DNA from: an uncultured Bacteroidales bacterium
GTDB taxonomy: Bacteria; Bacteroidota; Bacteroidia; Bacteroidales; DTU049
Direction: 5' to 3'
Assembly (NCBI GenBank): GCA_964428185.1
Contig: CAYRXH010000003.1
Coordinates: forward strand, 14,577 to 78,576
DNA: 64,000 nucleotides
A program made the translations under genes and the position numbers. This document shows, piece after piece, positions 39,749-51,000 of the stretch. Positions within the stretch are counted from its first letter, which is position 1; each line of letters opens with the position of its first letter. The notes beneath the pieces were generated by a model. That model had not been told where the DNA came from. It saw nothing but the letters and a program-made list of their open reading frames with translations, and did not search any database.

Positions 39749-40258
39749 CTAATTAATTACTGAATAACTGAGATTTTCAAACTTCCCTTCTGTGATGGGA
39801 ATCTTTGTTTCAGTCGGATCCCCGTTTGGGTACATATCTGCCTGAAAAGTGCCTGATATACGCTTTTGGTCGGTGTCAACCTCTGTCAGAACAACAGTTG
39901 CTGAATATGAATTATAATATGTTGCTGTTCCTGATGTAGCATTGTCACTGGTTTTGTAAACCAGCATGCACTGACCTGACATTTCATCCACAAAGGCAGA
40001 CAAAGAGTACGTGCCGGCAGCACTCCCCCTGACAGTAATTACAATACTCTGAGAAGCCGTTTGTGAAAGCGTTGGAAATCCACTGATCACAAAAATATTC
40101 TGCGACTGGGAAAGAGTGACATTTCTGACCAGAGCCGTCCATGAACTTCCGTTCACTTTTGCAGTCATCAGCGGCTCATCATCTTCCTTACGGCAGGATG
40201 TGGCAACAAAAACAGAAATAAGAATTCCGATAAAAAAATAATACCCGAGTGTTTTCAT
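39749..40258 (-). CDS. Lipoprotein of unknown function (DUF6252-like)
   Basis: Lipobox ATSC, MTAKVNG, ISGTFQA and ITEGKF motifs. Confidence 0.65.
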   Translation of the reverse strand: MKTLGYYFFIGILISVFVATSCRKEDDEPLMTAKVNGSSWTALVRNVTLSQSQNIFVISGFPTLSQTASQSIVITVRGSAAGTYSLSAFVDEMSGQCMLVYKTSDNATSGTATYYNSYSATVVLTEVDTDQKRISGTFQADMYPNGDPTETKIPITEGKFENLSYSVIN

Positions 40259-40445
40259 GTTGAGATATATTTATTGTTCTTCAAAGTTACAAAAAAATCA
40301 TCACTTCTGCTTGCAAAATATTCTTCCTCCTGGTGGTTTTAAAATATGACGGTGTGAGCCCTATGATTTTTTCAGATGCGACCAGCACATTGTGTTAAAA
40401 ATCTTAACTTTGCAACCGTTTTTTTCGATAAACAGATAATTCCAA

Positions 40446-43064
40446 ATGAATACTTCTTCCGAGATCAGGCAGGCTTTTCTGGACTTCTTCCGTTCCAAAC
40501 AGCACCACATTGTTCCTTCTGCACCCATGGTACTTAAAAATGACCCAACACTGATGTTTACCAATGCCGGAATGAATCAGTTCAAGGATGTTTTTCTTGA
40601 CAACAAACCGGCAACACACCCAAGGATTGCAGATACCCAGAAGTGCCTGAGGGTATCCGGAAAACACAACGACCTTGAGGATGTGGGCCATGACACCTAT
40701 CATCACACCATGTTTGAAATGCTTGGCAACTGGTCTTTCGGAGATTATTTCAAAAAAGAAGCCATTGAATGGGCATTTGAACTTCTTAACAAAGTTTACG
40801 GCATTCCTGCTGATATTATGTATGCCACCTATTTTGAAGGTGATGCTGCTGAACATCTTGATCCTGATACTGAAGCACGGGATTTGTGGCTCAAACTGTT
40901 GCCCGCTGAACGAATTCTGCCAGGAAATAAAAAGGATAATTTTTGGGAAATGGGAGAATCTGGTCCCTGTGGCCCGTGTTCTGAAATTCATGTTGATCTG
41001 AGACCCGAGGCCGAAAAGAAAAAAATACCCGGCTATCAACTTGTCAATACTGATCATCATCAGATGATTGAAATCTGGAATCTTGTGTTTATACAGTTTA
41101 ACAGAGATATGCAGGGAAAACTGCATCCCCTGAAAAACAAGCACGTTGACACAGGCATGGGATTTGAACGCCTCTGTCGTGTGATACAAGGAAAATCATC
41201 CAATTATGACACTGATATCTTCACTCCCATCATCAGCAAACTGGAAACCATTTCAGGCGTAAGATATGGCCAGTGTGAGCCTACAGACATTGCATTCAGG
41301 GTGGTTGCCGATCACCTCAGAGCTGTGGCCTTTGCCATTGCCGACGGCCAAATCCCATCCAATGTGAAAGCCGGTTATGTGATCAGACGAATACTCCGCA
41401 GAGCTGTTCGCTACGGATTTACTTTCCTGAACCTCCGCAAAACTTTTGTCAATGAACTTGTTCCAACACTTGTTGAACTCATGGGAACCTTTTTTCCCGA
41501 ACTTGAAAAACAACAGCAACTGATCATTAAAGTCATTTTTGAAGAAGAACAGTCGTTTCTTAAAACCCTTGAAACAGGCATTCACAAATTTGAAGAATAT
41601 CTGAAGTTGCATCCCGACAAAAAAATGCTCGACGGTCATTTCGTATTTGAACTATACGACACCTACGGCTTTCCGGTAGACCTGACAGAACTTATGTGTC
41701 GTGAAAAAGGACTCAGTATTGATATGAATACATTCAATGCCAATCTTGAGGCACAAAAGGAACGAAGCAGAAAAGATGCTGTTGTGGAAAAAGAAGACTG
41801 GACAGAACTGATTCCCTCTGCAAAAAGTGAGTTTGTTGGGTGGGACCATATCAGTCACGAGGCAAAAATTACACGCTACAGAAAAGTGAACCGCAAGGGA
41901 AAGGATTTGATTCATCTGGTGCTTGACAACACTCCTTTTTATGGCGAAAGCGGAGGACAAACAGGAGACAGGGGTATCCTGAAAACCAAAGACGAAGAAA
42001 TTACTGTTATTGACACCATCAAGGAAATGGATCTAACCATTCACGTGACTGAAGCCCTTCCTTCTGCCCCCAAAGAAATGTTTACTGCCATTGTTGACAA
42101 ACAGGCCAGAGAAAACACAATGCGAAATCATTCTGCTACCCACCTGATGCACCATGCACTTAGAAGTATTCTCGGCCTTCATGTTGAGCAAAAAGGTTCT
42201 CTTGTTACTTCAGAGTATCTGAGATTCGACTTTACTCATTTTCAGAAAATGAGCAACAGAGAGATTGAGCAAGTTGAACTGGCTGTAAACAGCGAAATTA
42301 TGGCCAACCTGCCACTGGAAGAAAACAGAAGCATTGCTTATGATGAAGCTGTAGGCCAGGGAGTCATCGCATTGTTCGGTGAAAAATACGACGAAAAGGT
42401 GAGAACAATCCGATTTGGTGATTCCATAGAACTGTGCGGAGGCACACATGTAAAAGCAACCGGAAGCATCGGCTTCTTTAAAATCATTTCAGAAAGCGCC
42501 ATTGCAGCAGGCATCAGAAGAATTGAAGCTGTTACCGGCGAAGCTGCCCTCAGACTTGTTCTGGAACAATGGAATACATTACAGTCCATCCGTTCTGCAC
42601 TTAATAATCCCGCAAACATTATTGCAAGTGTAGATGCCATGCGGGAATCTGTGAAAAAAATGGAAAAGCGTATTGAAGAACTTGAAATGGCCGGACTGGG
42701 AACACTTGCAGCTGATTTGTTGAATGAAGCTACAAGCCGGGAAGGGGTTACTATCCTTCAGAAACGGATTTCCATTCCTTCGTCACATCTCAAAAATCTT
42801 TCTTTTGAGCTGAAGAACCGTTGCAAAGATTCATTTTTCCTTGTCATCGGTAATGAATCTGAAGGAAAGGCATCCATCACAATTCTGATTTCAGATGATC
42901 TGATCAGTGCACGCGGGTTACATGCAGGCAAGCTTGTCAGAGAACTGGCTAAGGAAATCGACGGAGGTGGAGGAGGTCAGGCAGGAATGGCAACTGCAGG
43001 TGGCACCAACCCTGCCGGAATTGACTCTGCCATCAAAAAAGCCACTGATCTTGCAGGATTATAA
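40446..43064 (+). CDS. alaS: Alanine--tRNA ligase
   Basis: LMFTNAGMNQFK, FEMLGNWSFGDYFK, DTGMGFERL, NHSATHLMH, ELCGGTH and GGGGGQ motifs. Confidence 0.98.
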   Translation: MNTSSEIRQAFLDFFRSKQHHIVPSAPMVLKNDPTLMFTNAGMNQFKDVFLDNKPATHPRIADTQKCLRVSGKHNDLEDVGHDTYHHTMFEMLGNWSFGDYFKKEAIEWAFELLNKVYGIPADIMYATYFEGDAAEHLDPDTEARDLWLKLLPAERILPGNKKDNFWEMGESGPCGPCSEIHVDLRPEAEKKKIPGYQLVNTDHHQMIEIWNLVFIQFNRDMQGKLHPLKNKHVDTGMGFERLCRVIQGKSSNYDTDIFTPIISKLETISGVRYGQCEPTDIAFRVVADHLRAVAFAIADGQIPSNVKAGYVIRRILRRAVRYGFTFLNLRKTFVNELVPTLVELMGTFFPELEKQQQLIIKVIFEEEQSFLKTLETGIHKFEEYLKLHPDKKMLDGHFVFELYDTYGFPVDLTELMCREKGLSIDMNTFNANLEAQKERSRKDAVVEKEDWTELIPSAKSEFVGWDHISHEAKITRYRKVNRKGKDLIHLVLDNTPFYGESGGQTGDRGILKTKDEEITVIDTIKEMDLTIHVTEALPSAPKEMFTAIVDKQARENTMRNHSATHLMHHALRSILGLHVEQKGSLVTSEYLRFDFTHFQKMSNREIEQVELAVNSEIMANLPLEENRSIAYDEAVGQGVIALFGEKYDEKVRTIRFGDSIELCGGTHVKATGSIGFFKIISESAIAAGIRRIEAVTGEAALRLVLEQWNTLQSIRSALNNPANIIASVDAMRESVKKMEKRIEELEMAGLGTLAADLLNEATSREGVTILQKRISIPSSHLKNLSFELKNRCKDSFFLVIGNESEGKASITILISDDLISARGLHAGKLVRELAKEIDGGGGGQAGMATAGGTNPAGIDSAIKKATDLAGL

Positions 43065-43139
43065 GTTCTTATGAAGATGTGAAGAGAAAGGGATGGGGAT
43101 CACTTTGTGATGGGAAATATTGAATGTTGAAGTTTTTTA

Positions 43140-43169
43140 ACCAGTTACTAGTCACTAATTACCAGCCAC
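43140..43169. repeat. Degenerate heptamer tandem repeat in the alaS-tauE intergenic region
   Basis: ACCAGTT-ACTAGTC-ACTAATT-ACCAGCC-AC. Confidence 0.5.
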
Positions 43170-43211
43170 ATAAAAGCTTATCCTGATTCATCTATAACTC
43201 TACTTTCTTTC

Positions 43212-43985
43212 TCAAACCATTCCTGAGATCATTGCAAGAGAAATCAGAATCAGCATCACAGCCACCACAATTTGAATAAATGAGAGGGTGATCTTTTTCA
43301 GCAGGAAATTTCCTGCAACTGCACCAAGCATTGCAGAGAGCGTAGCTGCAACAATCAAGGTCATATTGTCAGACAATCCTGAGTTACTGTATCGTGAAGC
43401 ATATACAGACAAGCGGGTCATATCAATAAAGCACGCAATCACCACACCTGTTGCAATATATGCTTCCTTTGTAAGTCCTGTTTTAATAAGAAAAGCACTT
43501 CGGATGGCTCCCTGTATTCCGGTCAGTCCTCCAAAAAATCCGCTGAGCAAACCTCCGTAGATAAGTTTATCTTTTCCAAAATGAATTTTTTTAAACCCCG
43601 GGGTCAATTCCAGAATGGAGAAAACCAACAACAAGCTTCCAATAATTAGCTTAATAGGTGTCATTGTGAAGGTTTTGCCGGCTAGGCTGTATTCCGCAAG
43701 AACAGGCATTCCGCTGATTTGCAACAGCAACCATGCCCCAGCAAAAGATGCAGCAATAGCAGGAACACCAAAACGAAACAGTACTAATTTTTGAGCATGC
43801 CTGCCCACAAGGACAATTTTAAATAGGTTATTTGCAAAATGAACCAGACCTGTCAGCGCAATGGCTATATCCAGCGGAAAAAACAAGGCAAAAACAGGCA
43901 TCAAAATTGTTCCCAGTCCAAAGCCTGAAAAAAAAGTTAGCACAGATGCCAGCAAGGCCACAAGAGAAATAACAACAATATCCAT
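43212..43985 (-). CDS. TauE/SafE-family membrane transporter
   Basis: FSGFGLG, LSGFFGGLTG, and about eight hydrophobic helices in two repeats. Confidence 0.85.
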   Translation of the reverse strand: MDIVVISLVALLASVLTFFSGFGLGTILMPVFALFFPLDIAIALTGLVHFANNLFKIVLVGRHAQKLVLFRFGVPAIAASFAGAWLLLQISGMPVLAEYSLAGKTFTMTPIKLIIGSLLLVFSILELTPGFKKIHFGKDKLIYGGLLSGFFGGLTGIQGAIRSAFLIKTGLTKEAYIATGVVIACFIDMTRLSVYASRYSNSGLSDNMTLIVAATLSAMLGAVAGNFLLKKITLSFIQIVVAVMLILISLAMISGMV

Positions 43986-44071
43986 AGTGTAAAATTACTG
44001 AATTTGAATGTATCAAAATCCGGAAAAATAAAAGAAATTCCTATCTTTGTGACATCTTCAAAAGAAACTCA

Positions 44072-45418
44072 ATGAACACCTCTCATCCTTTGTTTGCCAT
44101 TTCGCCTGTAGATGGCAGATATCATAGTACCACAGAACCGCTCACAGAATATTTTTCTGAATATGCACTCTTCCGCTATCGTTGTCTTGTTGAGGTGGAA
44201 TATTTCATTGCTTTGTGCGAACTCCCTCTGCCACAGCTGAAAAAGGTTGACCCCGGTACTTTTCAGGCATTAAGAAGAATCTATGAAGAATTCAGTATAG
44301 ATGATGCGATGAGAATCAAAAATATAGAAAAAACAACCAATCACGACATAAAAGCGGTTGAATATTTTCTGAAAGAGAAGATGAAATTTGAGGGACTTGA
44401 AGAGTTTTCAGAATTCATTCATTTCGGGCTTACTTCACAGGATATCAACAATACTGCGATCCCTCTTTCCCTGAAAGAGGCATTTAACGACTATGTTTTT
44501 CCACTGATTGAAGATATGCTTACTGCATTGCAGGAAAAAGTAACTGATTGGGCCTTGATTCCGATGCTTGCCAGAACACATGGTCAACCTGCTTCTCCTA
44601 CCCGTCTGGGAAAAGAATTTGAAGTTTTTACCGTGCGTCTTCAAACACAACTCATGCTTCTTTCACGAATTCCTTTTGCTGCCAAGTTTGGGGGGGCCAC
44701 AGGAAATTTCAATGCTCACTATGCTGCTTACCCTCAGGTTGACTGGCAGCTTTTTGCCAATGATTTTGTAAAAAACATCCTTGGGCTGATTCGCTCCTAT
44801 CCTACTACTCAAATAGAACACTATGACCATCTTGCAGCTTTCTGTCATGCAATGTCCAGACTCAACACCATACTGATAGACTGCTGCAGGGATATCTGGA
44901 CATATATTATGCTGAATTATTTTACCCAGAAAACAAAAGAAGGAGAAGTTGGCTCATCGGCAATGCCCCACAAAATAAATCCAATTGACTTTGAAAATGC
45001 TGAAGGTAATCTGGGTGTGGCAAATGCTCTCTTTGCACATCTGGCAGAGAAACTCCCTGTTTCACGACTTCAGAGAGACCTGACAGACTCCACTGTTTTG
45101 CGCAATCTTGGAATTCCAGTATCCCACAGCATCATTGCATATAAATCATTTCTGAGAGGACTTTCCAAACTGGAAGTAAATGAAACTGCTATCAGAAATG
45201 ATCTCGAAAACCATCCCGAAGTCCTTACTGAAGCTATTCAAACAATTCTGCGAAGAGAAAACTACCCCAAACCCTATGAGGCATTGAAAGACCTTACAAG
45301 AGGCAACAAAGCAATTACCCGAGAATCTCTGAATCAGTTTATTGACTCTCTTGACATTGACGAAGGTGTCAAAAAAGAACTGAAACAACTGACACCCTTC
45401 AACTATACAGGCAAATAA
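44072..45418 (+). CDS. purB: Adenylosuccinate lyase
   Basis: ISPVDGRY, TNHDIKAVEY, HFGLTSQD, RTHGQPASPT and GSSAMPHKINPIDFEN motifs. Confidence 0.97.
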   Translation: MNTSHPLFAISPVDGRYHSTTEPLTEYFSEYALFRYRCLVEVEYFIALCELPLPQLKKVDPGTFQALRRIYEEFSIDDAMRIKNIEKTTNHDIKAVEYFLKEKMKFEGLEEFSEFIHFGLTSQDINNTAIPLSLKEAFNDYVFPLIEDMLTALQEKVTDWALIPMLARTHGQPASPTRLGKEFEVFTVRLQTQLMLLSRIPFAAKFGGATGNFNAHYAAYPQVDWQLFANDFVKNILGLIRSYPTTQIEHYDHLAAFCHAMSRLNTILIDCCRDIWTYIMLNYFTQKTKEGEVGSSAMPHKINPIDFENAEGNLGVANALFAHLAEKLPVSRLQRDLTDSTVLRNLGIPVSHSIIAYKSFLRGLSKLEVNETAIRNDLENHPEVLTEAIQTILRRENYPKPYEALKDLTRGNKAITRESLNQFIDSLDIDEGVKKELKQLTPFNYTGK

Positions 45419-46290
45419 TGAAAGTTTGCGGCTTTACTATCATCCGAAACGCTGTAAAATATGATTACCCCGTTGTAGAGTCAATTACTTCGGTTCTGGA
45501 TATCTGTGACCAGTTTCTGGTGTCTGTGGGAAACTCAGAAGACGACACCCTTGGTCTGATCCGGTCAATCAATTCGCCAAAAATCAAAATCATTGAATCC
45601 GTGTGGGATGACACACTAAGGGAAGGGGGAAAAGTGCTTGCTGTGGAAACCAACAAGTGCATGGATGCCATTGGCGATGAATTTGACTGGTGTTTTTATC
45701 TTCAGGCCGATGAAGTTGTGCATGAAAAATATCTTCCTTCTGTTCTAAGTGCTATGACTAAGCATCTGAATAACAAGGCTGTTGATGGCTTGCTGTTCAG
45801 ATATCTACATTTTTACGGGACTTATGATTATGTTGGGGATTCAAGAACATGGTACAGGAACGAAGTGCGCATTATCCGCAACAATAAGAACATAAGATCT
45901 TTCAGAGATGCTCAGGGGTTTAAAATCAATGGCAAACTTCTGAAAGTGAAAGAAACAGGAGCTGAAATTTATCACTACGGCTGGGTCAAACCACCTGAAA
46001 AGCAACAGCAGAAACAGAAAGATTTTCACAAACTTTGGCATGATGACCATTGGATCGAAAAAAACATTTCTCAGCAACAGGTGTTTGATTACTCAAAATA
46101 TGATTCTCTGAAGCTGTTTCAGGACACACATCCTGAAGTAATGAAAGATAGGATTGAACGCCTCAACTGGAAAGCAAACATTGATCCTGGTAAAAAAAAG
46201 CACAAAAACCTTATCAAATGGTTTCAGTATGTTGTGGAAAAAAAGACCGGATATCGGATTGGAGAATATAAGAACTACAAGAAAATTTGA
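45418..46290 (+). CDS. Glycosyltransferase family 2
   Basis: FTIIRNAVKYDYP, YLQADE and IYHYGWV motifs; coupled to purB by TAATG. Confidence 0.85.
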   Translation: MKVCGFTIIRNAVKYDYPVVESITSVLDICDQFLVSVGNSEDDTLGLIRSINSPKIKIIESVWDDTLREGGKVLAVETNKCMDAIGDEFDWCFYLQADEVVHEKYLPSVLSAMTKHLNNKAVDGLLFRYLHFYGTYDYVGDSRTWYRNEVRIIRNNKNIRSFRDAQGFKINGKLLKVKETGAEIYHYGWVKPPEKQQQKQKDFHKLWHDDHWIEKNISQQQVFDYSKYDSLKLFQDTHPEVMKDRIERLNWKANIDPGKKKHKNLIKWFQYVVEKKTGYRIGEYKNYKKI

Positions 46291-46357
46291 CGTAATAACT
46301 GCTTCTTCTCTTTTTGTTTGAAGCCCCTCCCGAGTCAGGTTACAATCACGCTAAATA

Positions 46358-48049
46358 TCAGAACGTATAACTCACTCCCAGCATGGCATTCAGCCTGTGA
46401 GAAGGATAATTTTTCCATAAAAAATGCCGCTGGTTTGTAAAATTATTTATCCTTACCCATGCACTTAAAAACTTGGTATAACGGTATTCTGCTTCAAGAT
46501 TGAAATCATATACAGGCTTGAGTTTGATTTCTAACACTTCGTCAATTGCATATCTGTCGCCAAATACAAACACATTGGCACGTCCGTAAATTTTATCTGC
46601 AATATTATATGTCACCGACAGCACCCCTTCATAACGTGGCATGTGCCATGCTTTTGACTGTGTTTCAGGAGAGAAGATATGATATAATCCCTGCAGTTCT
46701 GTTGTTATTTTTTTTCCGAATGCCATTTGAATTTCAGCAGAAAAAGTGAGGATATCCACATTATCATATACTGCCGTAAATCTTGTTCCTGATGTTATAA
46801 TCGTTGTATCAGACATCACAGGGAGTGTATCATTCACAAACAGCGGAAGATTTTCAATCTTTCGGTTTTTTACCATCAGTCTGTAGTTGTATGCACCGCC
46901 AAAACCACCGTTCACCCCGCCGAACAAGATGCTTCTTGTAACGGTATTATCCACTGGAATAATTTCTGTATTGATGAACGGATTGATGGTCATATAACTT
47001 CTAAAAGTATTTCTTTCGGCCATTCCATCAACTCCCAGAAAGATATTCAGCGTATTAGGTACAATTCTGATATCAAGCCGACCATAAGGAAACATCAATA
47101 CATTACCAATACTGTCAAGCTGGGCACACAAGGTTCCTCCGGCAGTGAATTTCAACTCATCCATCTGCACAATCAGATACGGCTTTAAAGTTGCAAGTCC
47201 TGTGGAAACACTCTGAAGTGCATAATTTTGCGAAAAGAATCCTCCGCCAGCTTCCACTACAATTTGTTCCTCCTTAAAAAATTCCGCAATCTGCAAACCT
47301 TTTTTCAGTGAGCCATTCAGAAATATATTCTGTTCTCCTGCATCATATTTGTCCCAAAGCCCCTGATATTTCAATCCGAAAGAGTTGTGAAAAGCCGTTT
47401 TCCGGTCAAAATTACTCTCTCCCCGAAAGAAAAAGTCAAACAAATGGAATACCTGTCTGATCTCCATATTATCAAACTCCGGGCTCAGGCTGTCCTGAAT
47501 AAATCCGTAATAATGAATGCCTTCCCGGATATAATCTGCTCCCGTTGAAAAGGTATATTCAGGCCGGATGAAATGACCGAACAATCCCGCATTATTTTTA
47601 CTGAAGCCCGGATAAGCATATTCTTTTATTTTACCCATTGCAGAATGATGATTTAGATGAATTTCTCCTCTCAGTTTTTTATTCCTGTAGGAAAAATATC
47701 TGAAATCAAGAAGCGGAGATATATAGTTCCCAAATCCGGCAATGAGATGGTTTTTATAAAGTTTATTAAATGTTTCTCCAACCATTTTTGCCGGAGGAAC
47801 AGGCATTACTTCCACCGGAGCAGTAACCGGCACAGAAATGATCTTATAATTCATAGGTGGCACAGGGATCACAGTATCTTTCAGTTCGGGTGAGAACCCG
47901 ATTTTTCTGGCTTCAGATAGTTGGGGAGTATATGTACCGATTACATTAACTGTTTCATGTTGCCCGTTACCCTGAGCAGAAAGATGCACTGATAGTCCTG
48001 ATAAAATCAAGAAACTGCCGGTAGTAATGAATATCTTTATCTGTTTCAT
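46358..48049 (-). CDS. Outer-membrane beta-barrel protein (TonB-receptor-like, no obvious plug)
   Basis: Signal peptide, VNVIGTYTPQLSEARKI N-terminus, amphipathic strands and a C-terminal GVSYTF. Confidence 0.7.
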   Translation of the reverse strand: MKQIKIFITTGSFLILSGLSVHLSAQGNGQHETVNVIGTYTPQLSEARKIGFSPELKDTVIPVPPMNYKIISVPVTAPVEVMPVPPAKMVGETFNKLYKNHLIAGFGNYISPLLDFRYFSYRNKKLRGEIHLNHHSAMGKIKEYAYPGFSKNNAGLFGHFIRPEYTFSTGADYIREGIHYYGFIQDSLSPEFDNMEIRQVFHLFDFFFRGESNFDRKTAFHNSFGLKYQGLWDKYDAGEQNIFLNGSLKKGLQIAEFFKEEQIVVEAGGGFFSQNYALQSVSTGLATLKPYLIVQMDELKFTAGGTLCAQLDSIGNVLMFPYGRLDIRIVPNTLNIFLGVDGMAERNTFRSYMTINPFINTEIIPVDNTVTRSILFGGVNGGFGGAYNYRLMVKNRKIENLPLFVNDTLPVMSDTTIITSGTRFTAVYDNVDILTFSAEIQMAFGKKITTELQGLYHIFSPETQSKAWHMPRYEGVLSVTYNIADKIYGRANVFVFGDRYAIDEVLEIKLKPVYDFNLEAEYRYTKFLSAWVRINNFTNQRHFLWKNYPSHRLNAMLGVSYTF

Positions 48050-48066
48050 ATCCTGTGTTTTTTTAA

Positions 48067-51000
48067 TTATTGTTCATTTTCAGGATTGCTCTGGTTTTCC
48101 AGTTCCTGAATTTCTGTCATTTTCTTCTGTGCCTCCATAACAAGATCAACTCCTTCGTAATTGTCAATCACACTTTGCAGGGTGTGCTTTGCCTGATACA
48201 GGTTTCCTGTTGCAACATAATTGTCAGCAAGTAGAATAAATGCCCGGGCAATCCAGTATTCATAAGATGGCAGAATGTTTATGAGTTCAAAAATCAGTTT
48301 TTCCGATTCCTGATATTTTCCAATGGTATAATTTATCAGTGCAAGATAGTAGTATGCTTCAGCGCCATACTCGCTCTTTTGAGTTTTCTGCTCTTCGAAC
48401 ACCTGTTGTGCTTTTGCATAGTCCTCCACTTCGAAAGCAGCAACACCCATCACTGATCGTGCTTCGGCTTTGGTTTCCTCGCTTGCCTTGGGTGTGTCAA
48501 TAACTTTTTGTGCCGCAATGATTGACTGTCTGTATTGTTTATCTCTGAAATAACTTCTCATCATCCCTTCTCTTGCTATAAGGATATTTTCCTGAAACTC
48601 TGCCTTTTCTTCAAGTGAAGAAAAATAAGCGGCTGATTTGGTATAATTTTCATTGCTGTAATAGATTCGGGCTGCATTTAACAAGGATTTTTCAGTGAAT
48701 TTGTTCCATGGCTTTAAAATAACATATTCATACCCCGGAAGAGCTTTGTCAAATTTCTGCGCCGAATAATCACACTCCGCTTTGTAAAAATGTGCATTGA
48801 GAGCAAAGGCTCCGTCAGGAAAGTTCTGAAGATACTTTTCAAAAGCTGAGGAAGCAGCTGCAAAATCCCCTTTGAAATATATATTTTCTGCAGCAACATA
48901 TGAAATTGAATCCTGCTCACTGATTGCAACCGACGTTCCAAGTTCCTGTGCATAGGTAAAAAAGGCTTCCGGTTGTCCCAGTTCTGTATAAATATTTCTA
49001 ATCACCACAAGGGCTTCCTTGGCTTCTTCAGTTCCAGGATATTCCTGAATAACTTTCTTAAGTTCAGCAAGTGCCTGCTGAGACTGATCCTGATTGTAAT
49101 AAATCATCCCGATTTGTTTCATTGAACGGACATGATAGGTTGAGTTCGGATAATTATCAACCACCTGCTTGTGATATCTTATGGCATTCTGATACTGTTC
49201 TGTCAGCTCGTTTGCAAATGCCAGTTCATATAGAACATCTGCCATATAGGTGCTGTTGGGATGGTTTTTTATTAAGAGTTCAAGATCTTCAATTTTTCCT
49301 TTGAAATTTCCCTGTACACCCTTTGAGTTGCCCCGCTGAAACAGTGCATAGTCAACATATGCAACACCAGGCTGCACAGATTTGTTATATTCCTTTTCTG
49401 CATCTGCAAACCGCTTCTGTGCATAGTAACAATCGCCTGTCCTTATATAAGCATCATACGCAACAGGGTCTGTTTTGCGCTCATATTTCTCCTGAAATGT
49501 CCGGAATGAGGTAAGTGCCTTGTCGTATTCTTTTTTATTAAAATAACAATATCCAATATTGTAGTAAGCCAGAGTATATTGTTCTGTGCCAAAAGATCCG
49601 GGTGATTGAAGGAATGAATTATATGTAATGATGGCAGAATCAAGATCCTGAAGCCTGTAATAGGCTTCCCCCTTCCAGAACAAGGATTGAGATCTGAATT
49701 TCTTATCGTATGGAAATTTGAGTGATTTATCAAAAACATTGATAGCTTCTCTGTAATTTCTGTCATTAAACAACTCTACTCCTCTGAAATATGCAATTTT
49801 CTGATAGGCCATATTAAGTTGTTCGTTGGGTCGTTTAATTTTCTCAATGGAAACAATTGCTTCTTTGTAATTGCGTGTCTGCATATAAAGATTGATGAGA
49901 TATTCATAAGCCTCATCAACCCTGAAGTTATCCGGATAGGCAAGAATATATTCCATCAGTGCTTTAATTGCCTCGTTGTATGGATTCATAGCCAACTCAT
50001 AAGACAACTTGGCAAAATGAAATAAAGCATCTTCTGCAATGATAGGGTTGCTCCCCTGCTTATATGCCTGATAAAATGCACTTCTGGCAAAGGGCTTATT
50101 ATTAACTCTGATATAACAATCTCCCAGATGATAATGGGCACTTTGTGCTAGAGAGTCTTTCCCTGAAGCAGCGTGCTGAAATGCAGGGATTGCCCTGAAA
50201 AAATCATTCTGCCTATAATATGCATATCCAAGCTTATAATAGTCTTCGGGGCTGATTGCTGTTTTTGTGCTTTCCTGATATACTTCATAATAATGAGCTG
50301 CCTTTTTATAATCACCTATGTTGAAGTGTGCCTCCCCCAGAAGTTGTGCTATTTCGGGAAGCCTTTTTGTTGTTGCCTTTGTCATCATGGGCTCTGCAAA
50401 CTCTATCAGCTCTTCGTACTTCTTCTGAAAATACAGAATCTGCGTTATGTAGTAAGGAACAACAGGACCAAAGTTTTCATCATCTGTAAGCCTTTTAAAA
50501 TGCTCCAGTGCAGTTGAATAATTCTTTTCCTCATAAGCGATGTGCCCGAAATAATAGGTGGCGGGAGCTGAATACAGGCTCTCTCCATCCTTGATTTTTG
50601 AAAAACAACTCCGGGCTTTCTCATAATCACTGATCATAAAAGAAGAATATCCGTATTTGAAATAAAACTCAACAGATTCCTGTTCGTTCAGCAGGACAGG
50701 ATCTGTTGTCTGATATTTATCAAAGGCTTTCTGATATTTTTTTTCACGATAATGAATATTGGCGATGTAGAATTGGGCTTTCCCAGTATATGCATTTTCA
50801 GGAAAATCATTGATAAACTGCTGAAGTCTGTATTCGGCATCATAATTCAGCAAATGATATGCACAAACGCCCATATAATAAATGGATGATGCATATATCA
50901 GAGATTCCTTGTCGCCAGTGAGTTCTGAAACCTTAAGATATATGTCAAATGCAGCTGAATATAATTCCTTTTCAAAATAAATTCCGGCCTGTCTGTACAT

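Noticed and set aside
40404-41189. 261-aa antisense ORF inside alaS
   Set aside because: Shadow frame opposite the conserved AlaRS N-terminus with no independent coding signal.
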